A model generated the notes under the pieces. The model had not been told where the DNA came from. It searched no databases and saw nothing but the letters and a program-made list of their open reading frames with translations. A stretch of 61,408 nucleotides of DNA, filler included, from Nemertoderma westbladi (Eukaryota; Animalia; Xenacoelomorpha): the NCBI GenBank assembly GCA_032718475.1. It is 3 parts of 3 records of this genome, joined end to end, with 100 filler letters (N's around TTAATTAATTAA, not from the genome) between each part and the next. Parts side by side here need not be neighbours in the genome. Positions count along the whole stretch, not along the records: positions 48,327 to 61,408 come from JAUCBJ010001711.1; 2 more parts are not named here. One strand, written 5' to 3'. Within the stretch, counting starts at the first letter, position 1; each line of letters starts with the position of its first letter. Positions 59,137 through 61,408 of this stretch are shown one piece after another. Position numbers and translations under genes: made by a program.

Positions 59137-59875
59137 TTTTCGTAGCCAGTACTGCCAATCGATTCGCCATCAAAAATAACGCAAAATATTTTTTTTGCAA
59201 AATTTTAAATTACTGTTAATTTTTGGCGACTGGGGGGGGGGGGTAAATTTTTTTCGATCCGCTATAACTCCGGAACGCTTTGTCCAAATTCGATGGGGTT
59301 TTCATTTTTCAACTTAATTCGATGTCCTCTTTCAGCCTATCCATGTTTCGAAACCCCAAACAGCGCCGTTCAAAAATTAATTTTTTCTAGTTCTAGAATT
59401 TTACAAATTTCAAAAAAGTTGCAGTATTTTATTAACGCCTTTACGGAATTCGATAGCGTTTTTGATTTTTATATTAAACGCAATATTCTGAATCTCACTA
59501 GCCTAGTTTCGCGTCACCAATGCCAAGACTTCATACTTTTTGAGGAAAATTTTTCTAGAATAATTTTTCTTTAATTACATTTATCGCGATTTCTTATTAC
59601 TGGTTGCACATGAGAACTGATGGAGTTTTCAATTTATTAACTAAACACGATATCGCACATCGCACCAGCGTGGTTTCGAAATTCCAAAACGAGGTCTTCA
59701 CTAGTTGCAGGTCGATTTTGTTCTAGAATTGAGCAACTAATAATAGATCAAATTTATTAATAATTATTGTATGAAATATGATTGTATTTTTACATAATTA
59801 TTAGTTCTATACTAATTCTCGTTGTCTCTTTTATTTAAAATAAAAAATCGGTTCCTTATCGGGCCGAGGCAAACA
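58375..59875 (+). mobile_element. HINE/DINE-1-like non-autonomous Helentron
   Basis: 5' AGGAACCGA with adjacent partial IR GGTTC, a (CTGA/TTGA)n microsatellite, AACTACTCTAACGATTTTGATGAAA, and 3' subterminal IR TCGGTTCCT at 59848-59856 followed by a GC-rich motif. Confidence 0.6.
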
Positions 59876-60419
59876 TTGTTGAGGAAATTTACTTTAGTTT
59901 ACTGTACTGTGGCATCCAGGTGAATGGATATGAGCGTCCACAGAGATGACCTTAGTGTAATGCTATTTAATACAATAGGAAGGGCCAACAAGGAATTACT
60001 TCCTCTGCCAAGTTATAATCACTCACTCTACAACCCAGACAGTAAGCAAACATTAATCAGTTATTAGTTTTACTACTGTATTACTCTCTCACTAACTGTG
60101 TGTTTGTAATATAAATTAGTGTAGCCAGCTGATAGCTCTTCTGTCGAAATCCAATGCAAATATTTATTACATAGGTCTGTAGGTTAATGATGTGTATCTG
60201 AACTGAACTGATGAATGGCCCTAACTACAGTAAATTCATTTAAGCCTCTTTTTAAAGTAATTTTAACGTATTATTTCTGTAATTATAAAGTTTTCTGTAA
60301 TCTGTGTTTGTGATTAACGGCAATTTTCCTATTTACATTCCTCCATTATGTACAGGAAATTAAACGAATTATTAATTCATTCATTCATACAGAAATTAGC
60401 CTCTACACTACACTATCCA

Positions 60420-61408
60420 CTATCAGACTATGACAATCAGAAAATACAGCTACAGTATTAAAGTACATGATTGCTGGAATATATTGATTCCACAGCCAGT
60501 TCAGCCGTTGCTAGAACATCAGTAGGCCTACCACTGTACCATACCACATACATACCACATACCAGTCTGCAGTCGGCTAGCAGCTTGGCCGGTACCGGTA
60601 CAGCACAGCCAGACAGCAGCACAGATATCAGGCAGTCAGGAGGATATACATACTGCATACTGGCATACAGCCTACCTGCCTACTGCCCCGGCAGCTCTGT
60701 ACAGTATTAATTACAGTACAGTATGCAGTACTGCAGTTACAGTACGGCTGTAGGCCTACGTCAGTCTGTCAGTCAGTCAGTTCAGGACGTGTACGGTCCA
60801 GCCTGCCAGCGGTCGGTTCGCCAGATGCCAGAGCCAGGACCTGTAGTCCGTAGACAGCAGACTGCCTGCCTTACTCCATTAACCCAGACGGGACTGCCAG
60901 GGCACAGGGTGCAGGGCCAGGCTGCCAGGCGCCAATGCTAGTATGCTGTACTGACTGACTGACTGAAAGTCTGATTGAACAGTCTGACAGTTGCATGCTG
61001 GTACAGCAGTACAGTCACAGTGACACAGTCAGACAGTCTAACAGTGAACAGTCAGACAGTGGTACGGTACGATACGACAGTCAGCTGGTCAGGCTCAGGC
61101 AGTGGGAGCTGCTGAGCTGAGCTGTTCATTGTCAGGCTGTTGACTGTCTGGTCTGACTGTAGGAAGTCAGGAAGTAGGGTACAGAAGTAGGACTAAGTGC
61201 TAACAGGCTGACAGGCTAAGCGTAAGGCTGTAAGGGTAAGCTCTAAACAGTCTGACAGTTCATCAGATACAGACAGACAGAGATAGACCTACCGGTAGCG
61301 GTAGGTACCGGTACTGTACTGACAGACTGGCATGTGCTGACCGGTACAGTTTATACAGACTGACAGATATCAGGATATAGGCTAGATCTGCAGTTTGGGG
61401 TCCGGTCC
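60420..61408. repeat. Cryptically simple region rich in CAGT/CTGA/GACA motifs
   Basis: Dense, non-periodic reuse of 4-5-mers. No credible protein. Confidence 0.6.

Noticed and set aside
60458-60941. Short ORFs in the terminal low-complexity region
   Set aside because: They are simple-sequence translations with no recognisable domain.

Overview
AT-rich, transposon-dense eukaryotic (most likely invertebrate animal) genomic DNA. It consists of three assembly pieces joined by artificial N44-TTAATTAATTAA-N44 linkers at 16836-16935 and 48227-48326. Piece 1 has two divergent, apparently intronless host genes (a puromycin-sensitive-like M1 aminopeptidase and PACS), palindromic satellites and MITEs. 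Piece 2 has a largely intact Polinton/Maverick (adintovirus-like) morphogenesis module on the minus strand: RING protein, packaging ATPase, PW-like protein, integrase, two tandem pentons, basic core protein, major capsid, adenain and a DEDD-like ORF, with a probable right terminus at 34727. It is interrupted by a Gypsy element with non-canonical LTR ends and a 5'-truncated CRE-like retrotransposon, and it abuts a decayed BEL/Pao element. A tRNA-head plus hammerhead-ribozyme element and the first exon of a ceramide synthase follow. Piece 3 has a decayed Gypsy pol, a second, pol-deleted BEL/Pao element of the same group and a partly duplicated HINE/DINE-1-like element. The most unusual signal is in the two BEL/Pao elements. 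Both carry a long post-pol module of hairpin arrays, a decayed accessory ORF (DEDDy-exonuclease-like, with CCHC knuckles in one copy) and a multi-hairpin RNA element that shows compensatory substitutions between the copies. All calls come from reading the sequence by eye; no searches were run.
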